DNA from: Candidatus Giovannonibacteria bacterium RIFOXYD1_FULL_48_21
GTDB taxonomy: Bacteria > Patescibacteriota > Minisyncoccia > JACPKW01 > UBA11713
Length of the DNA: 64,000 bases
Assembly: GCA_001778985.1 (NCBI GenBank)
Contig: MFIU01000002.1
Coordinates: forward strand, 139,930 to 203,929
Direction of reading: 5' to 3'
Both the position numbers and the translations under genes were made by a program. Shown here piece after piece: positions 8,825-17,833 of the stretch (within the stretch, counting starts at the first letter, position 1; each line of letters begins with the position of its first letter). A model generated the notes under the pieces. That model did not search any database. It was not told the origin of the DNA and saw only the letters and a program-made list of their open reading frames with translations.

Positions 8825-9873
8825 CGCCCAACGGCCATCAGCTCGTTTAACTTTTGCAAAGTCAGCGGGCCGACCCTGCCGACTTGCGAAATGCCATATT
8901 GGGCCTGAATGCGTTTAACCGCGCTGGTAGTGAGCGAGCCGTAATAACCAGTAACCAGCCCTTCCGGATAGATAGCGTTATCTTTGGCAAGGAATTCCTG
9001 AAGAGTTCGAACATCGTCGCCGGTCATGCCGCGTTCAAGTTCGCGCGTAAGTCCGGCGGCCACGGGCGCGGCTGGCGTGGGCACGGCGCTCGGAGTCTGG
9101 CCAGCCCCAAAAATCTCGGCGAGCTTCGCTCTGGTTAAGGGACCTACGCGTCCAACTTGCGAAATGCCGTATTTGGCCTGGAAACGCCGGACAGCCTCAC
9201 GAGTCAAATTTCCAAAATATCCGGTGATTAATCCTTCGGGGTAAACAGATTTATCGCTTGCCAGTAAAGTCTGAAGCTTTGTGACTTCTTCACTGCTCAT
9301 GCCAAGAGAAAGGTCTTGAGTAAAAATCGGGGCGGCTCCGACGCTTACGGTCGGAATCACAACTCCGGAGGGCGTCTGAGGCACAAGGGCCGTGGTCGTG
9401 GCAACTGAAGGAGTCGTGGTTGTGCTAGTCGGGACAATGGTAATGCCACCACCACCTCCTCCGCCGCCACCTCCGCCGCCGCCTCCTCCTCCTCCGCCTG
9501 TTCCAGAATCACAAGTAGTGGAGTCAGGAGTAACGGTGAAGGTGGTTTGAGAAGCGCCAGCGCCGTTTTTAAGGATTAAGGTACTTTCAGAAGTAGAGCA
9601 TAATGAAGTAACCTGGCCAGAGCCGGTTTGAGATGTCGTATAGGTGCGCCGGGAAGGAGAAGATACGGTAATTATGTCGCCGGCATCAAGAATGACGTCG
9701 AAGTTGTTGGCGCGAACCGTAAGAGTATTGATGGCCGCGTCAGAACCAGAAACATTAAGCTCGATCCCCGCCACGCTGATGGTGGCTCCGGACTGCAAAG
9801 TGACCAGACCCGCCAAAGCGAAGAAAGGAAAGAAGAGGGCTAGGAAAATTTTCAGAAAAATTTTCATTTTCAC
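8821..9873 (-). CDS. secreted protein with Thr/Ser-rich region, 20-residue poly-Gly linker and two peptidoglycan-binding (PG_binding_1-like) repeats
   Basis: Signal peptide; G20 tract; two copies of a ...YPEGL(I/V)TGY(F/Y)G.LT..AV.R.QA.YGISQVGRVGPLT... domain. Confidence 0.7.
   Translation of the reverse strand: MKMKIFLKIFLALFFPFFALAGLVTLQSGATISVAGIELNVSGSDAAINTLTVRANNFDVILDAGDIITVSSPSRRTYTTSQTGSGQVTSLCSTSESTLILKNGAGASQTTFTVTPDSTTCDSGTGGGGGGGGGGGGGGGGGGITIVPTSTTTTPSVATTTALVPQTPSGVVIPTVSVGAAPIFTQDLSLGMSSEEVTKLQTLLASDKSVYPEGLITGYFGNLTREAVRRFQAKYGISQVGRVGPLTRAKLAEIFGAGQTPSAVPTPAAPVAAGLTRELERGMTGDDVRTLQEFLAKDNAIYPEGLVTGYYGSLTTSAVKRIQAQYGISQVGRVGPLTLQKLNELMAVGR
9437..9497 (-). repeat. low-complexity GGN codon run encoding poly-glycine
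   Basis: ccaccacctcctccgccgcc... tract inside the 8821..9873 CDS. Confidence 0.8.
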
Positions 9874-9874
9874 T

Positions 9875-10501
9875 CTACCAGCAGGGACCGGATTCCACTA
9901 TTAGGACGCCGTCAGAGGTGTCGGTCCAAAGAAGAGTAGTTGTCGCGTTCGCATAAATCCGGTAGGAAACCCCGTCCGCCCCCTGGAGTTGAATGCATCC
10001 GCCGCGATTAGCCGCGGTCGAGCCGATTCCAATGGTGGTGGTACCGGCTGAATCTATTCCCAACTGATGAAAAGGGCTAGTGGTTCCAATGCCCACGTTT
10101 CCGCCGCCTGTGGCAAGAGTAAGACCACCCTGAATGGTAGAAGTTCCCGCGGTGGTGCTGGTCGCGTTAAATCGCTGCATAGTTAGGAGCCCGGCGATAA
10201 CAGCGTCTCCGTTTACTCCGAGAACCGTCCCTGGAGTCGAGGTTCCGATTCCCACTCGGTTCGTAGAATAGTCAGCCACTAAAGTGGAGGTGTCTACAAT
10301 TAAACCGCCGGAAAGAGTGGTGTTGACCGCGGTTCCGGTAAAGCTTACTGTCCCCGCGACCGTGAGGTTGTCGTCAGTAGTAATGCTGGTCGAGATGGTG
10401 CTCGCCGCGTACACCGCGCCCGCCACTACCAAAATCGAGGCGAGGCTCGCCAGAACAATGTTTATCTCATCACGAAATTTTCTCATGTAAAATACAAACA
10501 A
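9875..10501 (-). CDS. secreted Thr/Gly-rich repeat protein (fibre-like, hypothetical)
   Basis: N-terminal signal anchor; repeated (V/I)GIGT(S/T)(S/T)P and GGL(T/I) motifs; C-terminal Cys pair. Confidence 0.5.
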   Translation of the reverse strand: MFVFYMRKFRDEINIVLASLASILVVAGAVYAASTISTSITTDDNLTVAGTVSFTGTAVNTTLSGGLIVDTSTLVADYSTNRVGIGTSTPGTVLGVNGDAVIAGLLTMQRFNATSTTAGTSTIQGGLTLATGGGNVGIGTTSPFHQLGIDSAGTTTIGIGSTAANRGGCIQLQGADGVSYRIYANATTTLLWTDTSDGVLIVESGPCW

Positions 10502-10572
10502 ATTAAATAAAAGCGACCCAAGCTTATATACTTTATAATAGCCGTAAAAAAATTATGCGGAAGTGGATAAGT

Positions 10573-12792
10573 TTAAGGATTGCGGCCGGCTTGGATTTCG
10601 GAGATAAGGCGTTCCCCTTCCGGCTTAAACCTAGCGTCGAGTTCCATGGCCTTTCTTATCTCTAAAATCGCGTTTTGCCTCTGGCCGAGCTTCAGATAGC
10701 TTGCCGCTAAACTCACGCGATACTGGGGATTAGAGGGCTCTTCCTCCAATAATTTAAGCCAGATGTCCCGAACCCGGTCATATCTCGAGACGGCGGCGTA
10801 AGCATTCAAAAGACGCTTTTCGGGAAAAATCTTCGCGCCGAAATGCTTTTGAGAAAGTTCCTCGGCAAATTCCACTTGGCCGTTAATCACGGAGACGATA
10901 ATAAAATTTTTAATCGCCTCACTGTAACTGGGGTCTGATTCGTAAGCTTGGCGCACAAGCTCGAGCGCTTTTTCTTTTTGATTCAAGGAAATATAGACGT
11001 CGGCCAGGAGAAATATTATCTGCTGTTTTTTAGGCGAGAGGGCCAGAGCTTTTTCCAAACTATTTCTGGATTCGTCCAAGCGGCCTTGGCGGCTTTGCAG
11101 GATGGCCAGAAAAAGCCAGCCGCGGGCGTCATCCGGAGATTCATGAACTTGTTTTTCCATTTCGGAAACGGCCTTGGTTATGACTTTTTGTTTTTCTTCA
11201 AGAGGCAAATTGGAAGCAATAACTTGGTTAGTGTATCCAGCCAGCTGTTCCCGAACCTCTTGTCCTCCAAAAGTTTCGAGTTTTAAAGCTTTTTCAAAAT
11301 CTCCCAAAATCAAATCAGTATCCTGGCCGCGCGCGGCCATGTCCTGGAGAGCGTTTAAAAGAAATTTTGAGGCCAAGAGCGGTTTTAAATTCGCCCAATA
11401 GAGCGAGGTTAAAACTCCCAAAAAAACAAAAACCGCCAGCGCCAGCTTGCGCGGGTCTAACTGAGGCCCGACCTCGGCGTAGTGAGGTCGGATCTCGGAA
11501 TTGGAACGGGCCCGAAAATTTATAAAGCCGAGCACGGAAAAAAACAAAAAATAAGAAGTGAGATTGTCGAAAACGAAAAGATTATGGAAAAAATAAGCCG
11601 CGAACAGAGAAGTTAGAGTAATGGGCAGGAGGATATCGGAAGAATTTCTCCACAAGAGGTATAGGGAGACGACAAAAATAGAAAGATAAGCCAGGAGCCC
11701 TAAAATTCCGGAGGAAATCAGCCAATCAAAGAAAACATTGTGCGCCCGGTCAAACCACGGCTCTTGCGACCAGAGCTCGGGCCGGAAATATTTATTGAAA
11801 ACCAGATTAAAATTCTCAAGCCCCCAGCCTAAAATCGGATTTTCTTTTGAGCCTTCCAGCGCCATGGACCAGATGGTAAGACGAGAGGTTACGGTCTGCT
11901 CTTGAAAGGAAAGGTTACGAAAACGAGACAAGATGTATTGTTCTTTGGCGAAATCAGTATCTTTAATCATCCAAAAAACAGCGAGGAGAATCAGGATGAC
12001 TCCCAGCGAACTGAAAGCGATGACGCGAAAACGTTTGGATTTCCCGAAAATTGCCAATAAAAGGGAAAAGAGAAAAAGGCCGCCGACCAGCCCCAAAATA
12101 GCGCCGCGGGTAGCGGTGAAAAACACTATGGGAAGCTCAAATAAAAAAACAACGCCGGAGAGAAGCTTGGCCCAAAGTTTCGAAGAAGAGAGGAAAACGT
12201 AGATTAAGAAAAAAAGGTGGAAAATTATGAAAATAGCGAGGTAGGTGGAATTTCCCAGGGTGGCGTCAACCCTGGTGCCGGATTGATAGATTCTGATTTT
12301 ACCCAAAAGCTGAAGGTAGCCGTAAAAAGAAATGATGACGCTTACTCCCGCCAAAACCGCGAAAAAGCGCTTCCAGTCTTTCTCTTCCCTGAAAACGCTC
12401 GTCAGCACCAGAAAATACGCGAAAAGATGCAGATGAGAAATCAAACCCTCCATCCGCTCGTAATTGGACCAGAAGCTGCGGTAAGGATTCGCTCCCAGAA
12501 AAGTGGAAAGAATTAAAATTCCAAGCGTGGCCGAAACCGCCCAGAAAAGCAAAGTCGGCCGCGGAGCGTATTTTTTGTCGAAAGCCCAGAGAAAGACCCA
12601 GAGCGCCAAGAGAATTTCGACGATTATTCTAAAAAAGAAGTTTTTGCCGGTGATGAAAGGGAAAAACAAATCCCCAGCCCCTGGAAGAAAAAGTTTTCCA
12701 AAAAATCCTCCGGCGATTATCAGCGATAAAACCGGAAGAAGATATAAAAAAAATTTCGCGGCCTTCTCGAGGTAAGAAGTAAAATTTCGCAT
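10573..12792 (-). CDS. O-antigen ligase/polymerase-like (Wzy_C) membrane protein fused to C-terminal TPR repeats
   Basis: More than 10 TM helices with a FFTATRGAILG loop motif typical of the Wzy_C/O-antigen ligase domain; the last ~250 aa are TPR-like helical repeats. Confidence 0.75.
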   Translation of the reverse strand: MRNFTSYLEKAAKFFLYLLPVLSLIIAGGFFGKLFLPGAGDLFFPFITGKNFFFRIIVEILLALWVFLWAFDKKYAPRPTLLFWAVSATLGILILSTFLGANPYRSFWSNYERMEGLISHLHLFAYFLVLTSVFREEKDWKRFFAVLAGVSVIISFYGYLQLLGKIRIYQSGTRVDATLGNSTYLAIFIIFHLFFLIYVFLSSSKLWAKLLSGVVFLFELPIVFFTATRGAILGLVGGLFLFSLLLAIFGKSKRFRVIAFSSLGVILILLAVFWMIKDTDFAKEQYILSRFRNLSFQEQTVTSRLTIWSMALEGSKENPILGWGLENFNLVFNKYFRPELWSQEPWFDRAHNVFFDWLISSGILGLLAYLSIFVVSLYLLWRNSSDILLPITLTSLFAAYFFHNLFVFDNLTSYFLFFSVLGFINFRARSNSEIRPHYAEVGPQLDPRKLALAVFVFLGVLTSLYWANLKPLLASKFLLNALQDMAARGQDTDLILGDFEKALKLETFGGQEVREQLAGYTNQVIASNLPLEEKQKVITKAVSEMEKQVHESPDDARGWLFLAILQSRQGRLDESRNSLEKALALSPKKQQIIFLLADVYISLNQKEKALELVRQAYESDPSYSEAIKNFIIVSVINGQVEFAEELSQKHFGAKIFPEKRLLNAYAAVSRYDRVRDIWLKLLEEEPSNPQYRVSLAASYLKLGQRQNAILEIRKAMELDARFKPEGERLISEIQAGRNP

Positions 12793-12813
12793 AATGTTTC
12801 AATGATAATATAG

Positions 12814-12848
12814 AAGGCCCGATCCCGCAAAACGCAGGACCGGGCCTT
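12814..12848 (-). terminator. palindromic hairpin AAGGCCCGAUCC...GGACCGGGCCUU downstream of 12869..13981 and 21 nt upstream of the ligase start
   Basis: 12-bp inverted repeat (one mismatch) followed on the minus strand by a CUAUAUUAUCAUU run; same AAGGCCCGG/CCGGGCCTT arms as the hairpin at 8005-8066. Confidence 0.35.
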
Positions 12849-12868
12849 ACTTCGACTATGCCTACGAA

Positions 12869-13981
12869 CTACAGGAACTTCATGACCGCATCAGCGATTC
12901 TGACAGCGGCGCCTGGCTTCTCGAGGTCTTTGAAAGGCAAAGAGCGGTGTTCCAGCGTGTAGTGTCGGAGGGCAATCTCGTCGTTTCTGATTTTGCTAAG
13001 GAGCCTCCCGACTCTACTGGGATTTTCCGCTCCCCAATTTGGATCCTCTATTAAAAGCGGGGGGACGCCGTTGATAAAACCGGAGGCAATTCTTGCTTCT
13101 TCATCATCATAGTCGTACATCCTTTTTGCAAATTCTCCGCTTGGAAAAAGAGGTGTTATGGTTGGAATGCCCCGCAGCACCGCTTTGTACCCATCCGTGC
13201 CTCCAAAAGGTACAACCACCGCATTCGAAGAGAGATAGAGCTCTATCAAGTCAACCTCACGGGCATTGGGCACAAATTTAATTGGGCAAGAGACAAGTTT
13301 TTCCCAAAGCTCCTCTTTCTTGAGATGCTTAGGGTGTGGCCTCCATGCCACAATCGTGTCTTTGTCGATTGGAATGGTTCTCGCGATTTCCCCAACATGC
13401 GCGACTGCCATTTTATTCGGCTCTCCTTGAAATCCCCAACTCACCAAGAAGTCAGATTGAGAAACTCCAAGCCTTTCCCGAATCCTCGATCGGATCAAAG
13501 GAATTTCTTCGATTGGCGGAATCGCGCCGAAACTTGGCTTGCCGACTTCGATTGTACCAATATGCGGCCGGACATTTGAGACAATTTGGGAGGCAAGCTC
13601 ATCAACTGTGAGCATTACATTAGGATCAGCGCCTCTTTCGTTTGCCTGCTCGCCGGTTCCCCAAAGATCCTCATACCATAAGACGGGGACTTCATTTGCC
13701 TTTCCAAAATTTGTCCAGGCAACCTGCGATTCGGCGTAGCCTGAACTTGTTCCGCACAGAATGACCGAAGGTTTGGGCCCCTTGTACTCCCCTGGTGAGA
13801 GAGTCGCATACGAGATTCCTTTTTTCTCGAGAACATCAGTTCGAGCTTTTCCTTTAGGGTCGGCAAACCAGTTCACGGGTATGTGCCTATCCTCCAGTTC
13901 TTTCGCGGCCAGCGCAAGATCTAACGCGCTTCCGTTGTCTCCAACAATAACAAAAACCTCTCCACTGCCTTTTTGTGCCAT
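12869..13981 (-). CDS. hypothetical GT-B-fold (MurG/PseG-like) glycosyltransferase-like protein, compositionally distinct
   Basis: 370 aa; C-terminal VVPFGGTDGYKAVLRGIPTI resembles a GT-B nucleotide-sugar binding loop; noticeably higher GC than neighbours. Confidence 0.4.
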   Translation of the reverse strand: MAQKGSGEVFVIVGDNGSALDLALAAKELEDRHIPVNWFADPKGKARTDVLEKKGISYATLSPGEYKGPKPSVILCGTSSGYAESQVAWTNFGKANEVPVLWYEDLWGTGEQANERGADPNVMLTVDELASQIVSNVRPHIGTIEVGKPSFGAIPPIEEIPLIRSRIRERLGVSQSDFLVSWGFQGEPNKMAVAHVGEIARTIPIDKDTIVAWRPHPKHLKKEELWEKLVSCPIKFVPNAREVDLIELYLSSNAVVVPFGGTDGYKAVLRGIPTITPLFPSGEFAKRMYDYDDEEARIASGFINGVPPLLIEDPNWGAENPSRVGRLLSKIRNDEIALRHYTLEHRSLPFKDLEKPGAAVRIADAVMKFL

Positions 13982-14059
13982 CGCGCACCTCCTTAAAGAA
14001 TTTTCTACATTCTAAAAAACTTCTGCCAAGAAGTCAAGACCGCCTTAAATTGATATTTC

Positions 14060-14800
14060 TGTGCCACTTGGACATACGATTTCCAAGTTTCAAGTTCTAC
14101 TCTAAAAGCAGCAACTCTAGTTCTTTAGCTAATTTCTTCCGCTCTATGATGTCAGGTAAAGAATCCTCGGCAAAAGTTTTATATTCGCCTCTATTCCGGA
14201 ACTGTTTTAAGATGACGCCATTTTCACAAAATTTCTTTGGAGAGCTGCTAATATATTCAGACCAACTTGACCTAAATGTTTCACCCCTAAGTCGGTGGGC
14301 GAGATTATTTAAATTCACGTAGGCACTAGTGTATAAAAGGTACTCGTTAGAATTTATGTGTGAGGATTTGAATCTTCCTTGAAAAAGAACTCCGTTTCTT
14401 TTATACCTGATATTAAAATATTTAGTGTAGCCGATACTCAATCTCCTCATAAATTCACTTATGCCATCGTCAATCACCGGTTCAAGGATAAGATGGTAAT
14501 GATTAGGATTCAAACAGTAACATACGACATTAACCAATTTAGAAGTTTTGGACTTGCGATGTCCAAATTTCATTTTAAAAAAATTATTTTCATAAAGGCT
14601 TCCAATCGGCTCTATGGTATTAAACTCTTCCATACTTTGGAGAAAGCGATCAAAATCTTTCCGTTGAGTAAAAATCGTCCTCTTATCTACTCCACGATTA
14701 TAGACGTGAAAAAATTCGCCGGCCGCGAATGGTATTTTCCTCATGGTCTAATTTTAATACTTGGACATGCGATTTCCAAGTTTTCCGTTTCTACGAGAGA
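14060..14800 (-). mobile_element. IS200/IS605-like insertion (HuH Y1 transposase flanked by direct subterminal hairpin repeats)
   Basis: Near-identical about 35-bp segments ACTTGGACAT(A/G)CGATTTCCAAGTTT...GTTTCTAC at 14066-14100 and 14759-14794, each containing the CTTGGA-N9-TCCAAG hairpin, bracket the transposase gene. Confidence 0.6.
14097..14744 (-). CDS. IS200-like / REP-associated tyrosine (HuH, Y1) transposase
   Basis: HuH motif NHYHLILEP and downstream catalytic Tyr region YTSAYVNLN; AT-rich. Confidence 0.8.
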   Translation of the reverse strand: MRKIPFAAGEFFHVYNRGVDKRTIFTQRKDFDRFLQSMEEFNTIEPIGSLYENNFFKMKFGHRKSKTSKLVNVVCYCLNPNHYHLILEPVIDDGISEFMRRLSIGYTKYFNIRYKRNGVLFQGRFKSSHINSNEYLLYTSAYVNLNNLAHRLRGETFRSSWSEYISSSPKKFCENGVILKQFRNRGEYKTFAEDSLPDIIERKKLAKELELLLLE

Positions 14801-15440
14801 AGAATAAGCAAGACTCCGGCGAGAGCGAGGCCGGCGCCCAAAAGTTTTCTGGAAATATTTTTTTCACGGAAGAAGAGCCAGCCCCGTAAGCAAAAATTCG
14901 ATTCGAATAGAGCACGGTCAGCTTGTCGAAGTTAACTGAAACCGAAGCCAAAAGCGCCACGAGCAAGCCCAAAAGATTTCCTTTTCTGAAATCTGGAACA
15001 TTATTCCGAGCCGGCACAACTTGACCAAGAGTCCATAACCCCAAAACCGACAAGACCACCCCCGCCATGCCGTAGACCGGAGGAAGTTCTCCCAAAAAAA
15101 TCCAGCCCGTAAAAAGCAAAAACACCGGCGCGGCAAGACTCATTGAATACACTGAGGAAAATTCTCCCAACTCGTAAGCCCGAAGTCCCAGAGGAAGCAT
15201 TATGATATTTAGGGTACTGGTTATCAAAACTGCCGGCCAAAAACCAGGTTTTAAATCAGGGAATCCTAAAAATAAAAAAGAAGCGGCGAGGAGAATCAGC
15301 GAAGCCGTGGCCGTCACCACCAGACCGATTCCAATCTTTGAAAACCGGGCCACTCTCACCGCCTCATTGGACAAGGCGTTAAGAACTGACTGCGCCAAGG
15401 CAGACCCTAACGCGAAAAAAAACCACAGAAACATACTCAA
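14754..15440 (-). CDS. EamA/DMT-family transporter whose 3' end has been replaced by an IS insertion (likely truncated)
   Basis: Multi-TM EamA-like repeat; the last ~15 codons (RRNGKLGNRMSKY) are read from the IS right-end hairpin sequence. Confidence 0.6.
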   Translation of the reverse strand: MSMFLWFFFALGSALAQSVLNALSNEAVRVARFSKIGIGLVVTATASLILLAASFLFLGFPDLKPGFWPAVLITSTLNIIMLPLGLRAYELGEFSSVYSMSLAAPVFLLFTGWIFLGELPPVYGMAGVVLSVLGLWTLGQVVPARNNVPDFRKGNLLGLLVALLASVSVNFDKLTVLYSNRIFAYGAGSSSVKKIFPENFWAPASLSPESCLFFSRRNGKLGNRMSKY

Positions 15441-16159
15441 GCGAGGCCGAGTTCTTGTATATTTTTCTCGGCCTCGGCCCAGTCTTTCAAATTGTCGATG
15501 TTGGCGCTGTATTTTTCTTCCATGACGTAGCCCACGACTTTATCGCCGTAAAAATTCGGTTCGTTTTCGTCAAACAAAAGTTCGCGCTTGAAAATATAGA
15601 CAGCACTGTTGTGAATATAGACTTTCGGCAAAAGCTGGCGCTGATAAACGCGCTTTCGCATCGGCTCCCCGCTCACAAAAAGTTTGACCAAACCTTTCTC
15701 GTCCATTTTAAGCGCCCACATCGGATTGAAGTGAGTCGGAATTTCAATCACGCTCACCACCGAGTCCGTTTTGGTTTTTTTGATAAGTTCGGCAGCTTCT
15801 TTGATATGCCAGGACTGGCGCAGGGGCGAGGTCGGTTGGAGAATTACGACGTAATTCGGAAAATAATTTTGATTGTCCCCGAGCCACTTGACCGCGTGCT
15901 GCATCACCGGCAGATGCGGGGTTTTGTCTTGGGCGAGTTCGGCCGGCCGCAGAAACGGAACTTCCACTCCCCACTTCTCGCCGACCGCCGCGATTTCTTT
16001 GTCGTCCGTGGACAAAATTATCCGGTCAAAAACACCGGAATTTTTCGCGGCCTCGATAGTCCAGGCGAGCAAGGGTTTCCCGCCAAGCTCTTTGATATTT
16101 TTTTTCGGGATGGATTTTGACCCTCCCCGCGCCGTGATAACTCCAAGAATCTTCGGCAT
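15437..16159 (-). CDS. acylneuraminate (nonulosonate) cytidylyltransferase, NeuA/LegF/PseF-like
   Basis: ITARGGSKSIPKKN P-loop-like CTP-transferase motif of the CMP-NulO synthetase family. Confidence 0.85.
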   Translation of the reverse strand: MPKILGVITARGGSKSIPKKNIKELGGKPLLAWTIEAAKNSGVFDRIILSTDDKEIAAVGEKWGVEVPFLRPAELAQDKTPHLPVMQHAVKWLGDNQNYFPNYVVILQPTSPLRQSWHIKEAAELIKKTKTDSVVSVIEIPTHFNPMWALKMDEKGLVKLFVSGEPMRKRVYQRQLLPKVYIHNSAVYIFKRELLFDENEPNFYGDKVVGYVMEEKYSANIDNLKDWAEAEKNIQELGLA

Positions 16160-16190
16160 AATAACTATAACTATAGTAAAAATTTGCGGT

Positions 16191-16233
16191 TTTACAACAA
16201 AAAAGAGGCGGTCTCTATGAGAGACTGCCTCTT
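16191..16233 (-). terminator. rho-independent terminator after the 16247..16732 gene
   Basis: Minus-strand AAGAGGCAGUCUC-UCAUA-GAGACCGCCUCUU stem-loop followed by UUUUUUGUUGUAAA. Confidence 0.6.
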
Positions 16234-16246
16234 TCCCTCGGTGGAA

Positions 16247-16732
16247 CTAACGTCTACTCACTATTACTGCAACGCCGAGAATAATGAGCAGGATGCCCAG
16301 AAAATGATAGAAATCCATCCTTACCGTATCAAAAAATCTGGGCATCAATGAACTGAAAAGAGCGGAGAGAAGGAATACGAACACAATCGCACTACTCTGA
16401 ATCGCAATCGGCAATCCGGGGTTTGGCGCTGCTGGAATAGCGCTGAACAGAAACAGATTTGTTAATGCGCCAAGTAAGATGCCAACCATAAACGGCGGCA
16501 AGAATTTTGACACCGAGAAGAAGGCTATGTCCCTTGCTGCGGTCGGTATCACTCCAGAAAGCATAAGGATGCTTGCGGCTCCGACTGACGTGCCGGCAAA
16601 ATACCCAACCATCGTTATCTCCGCGCTAATAGCGAAATTCTTCTTTAAGAAATCTATAGATAGCCAGGCGGGGATAACAAAAATAAGAGAAATTATGGAC
16701 TTCGCAACCCATCCAAGCTCTAAAAACTTCAT
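16247..16732 (-). CDS. small 4-TM DMT-superfamily (single EamA repeat, SMR/ArnE-like) membrane protein
   Basis: 161 aa, four hydrophobic helices, C-terminal GILLIILGVAVIV motif. Confidence 0.45.
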   Translation of the reverse strand: MKFLELGWVAKSIISLIFVIPAWLSIDFLKKNFAISAEITMVGYFAGTSVGAASILMLSGVIPTAARDIAFFSVSKFLPPFMVGILLGALTNLFLFSAIPAAPNPGLPIAIQSSAIVFVFLLSALFSSLMPRFFDTVRMDFYHFLGILLIILGVAVIVSRR

Positions 16733-16810
16733 ACAGCACCTCCATATATTAAGGATTTTAAAAAATTATACTATTTTATTTTAAATAACACAAGGGTCGG
16801 CAAATTTACT

Positions 16811-17833
16811 CTATTTAATGTTTAAATCCTCCCATTTAATAAGCTCGTCCTTTTTAATATCACGGGCGGCTTTGCTCCCAACGACCTTAGGCAATTCTTT
16901 CGCCGGAATGCCGTCTGCAAGGGGGCGCTTGGCGCCGACGCTCGAAGCCAAGATGGTTTCGCCAGCCGAAATATCCTCCAAGGCCACGACGCCGTGCCGC
17001 GCCCAACTTATCACCTCTTTCTCTTCATCTAAAATTCTTTTTTCGCTTCCGCAGGCTTTTTCTATTTTTCTGATACCGTCAACTAAAATTTTCCATTCCT
17101 GCGGCTCAAGAGATATTTTGTGATCTCCGGTGCCGCTCTGGTTCCGATCAAGCGTGTAATGCTTCTCAATCAGATTTACGCCGTAAGGAACCGAGGCAAT
17201 CGCGGAAAAGATCTCCGGCGTATGGTCAGATAAGCCTATGGGCACCTTAAAGCGCTCGCGCAAAACTTTAATCATGGCGAGATTCAGCGCTTCATAACGA
17301 GGCGGATATAAAGAAACCGTATGCAACACGATATAAGGCGCGCTGAACTTTTTCATGGCCTGGACGGCTTCTTCAATTTCATCGAAATTACTCATTCCGG
17401 TTGAAATGATTACGGGCTTTCCTTTTTTAGCGATATGTTCAAGCAAGGGAAGATTGGTCATTTCCCCGGAGCCGACTTTAAACGCGACGACCCCCATCGC
17501 TTCGAGTTCGTCCGCGGCGCGCGGAGAGAAAGGAGTGCAAAGAAAACATAAACCAAATCCTTCGGCAATTTTTTTCAGTTCAGAAATCTCTCCGGCGGAC
17601 AAAGAGCGCTTTTGCATTGATTCGAACTTGGGATGGCGGCGAATCATTTCTTCCTCCGGAATATGCAATTGGAATTTTACCGCATCAACTCCGGTGTCTT
17701 TTATTATTTCAATCATTCTCTTGGCCGTTTCAAAATCTCCATTATGAGCGTTGGCCACCTCGGCGACAATAAAAACCGGAAAACCCTCGCCTATATCCTT
17801 ATTGCAAATTTTTATGCTAGCCGCGGCTTCCAT
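16811..17833 (-). CDS. nonulosonic acid synthase (NeuB/LegI/PseI family) with C-terminal SAF domain
   Basis: FIVAEVANAHNGD...KFQ TIM-barrel signature plus SAF (antifreeze-like) C-terminal domain. Confidence 0.88.
   Translation of the reverse strand: MEAAASIKICNKDIGEGFPVFIVAEVANAHNGDFETAKRMIEIIKDTGVDAVKFQLHIPEEEMIRRHPKFESMQKRSLSAGEISELKKIAEGFGLCFLCTPFSPRAADELEAMGVVAFKVGSGEMTNLPLLEHIAKKGKPVIISTGMSNFDEIEEAVQAMKKFSAPYIVLHTVSLYPPRYEALNLAMIKVLRERFKVPIGLSDHTPEIFSAIASVPYGVNLIEKHYTLDRNQSGTGDHKISLEPQEWKILVDGIRKIEKACGSEKRILDEEKEVISWARHGVVALEDISAGETILASSVGAKRPLADGIPAKELPKVVGSKAARDIKKDELIKWEDLNIK

Noticed and set aside
9437-9497. Tandem GGN/CCN repeat tract as a possible CRISPR-like or VNTR array
   Set aside because: It is in-frame coding sequence for a 20-Gly linker of a secreted protein. 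It is a trinucleotide low-complexity run, not a spaced repeat.
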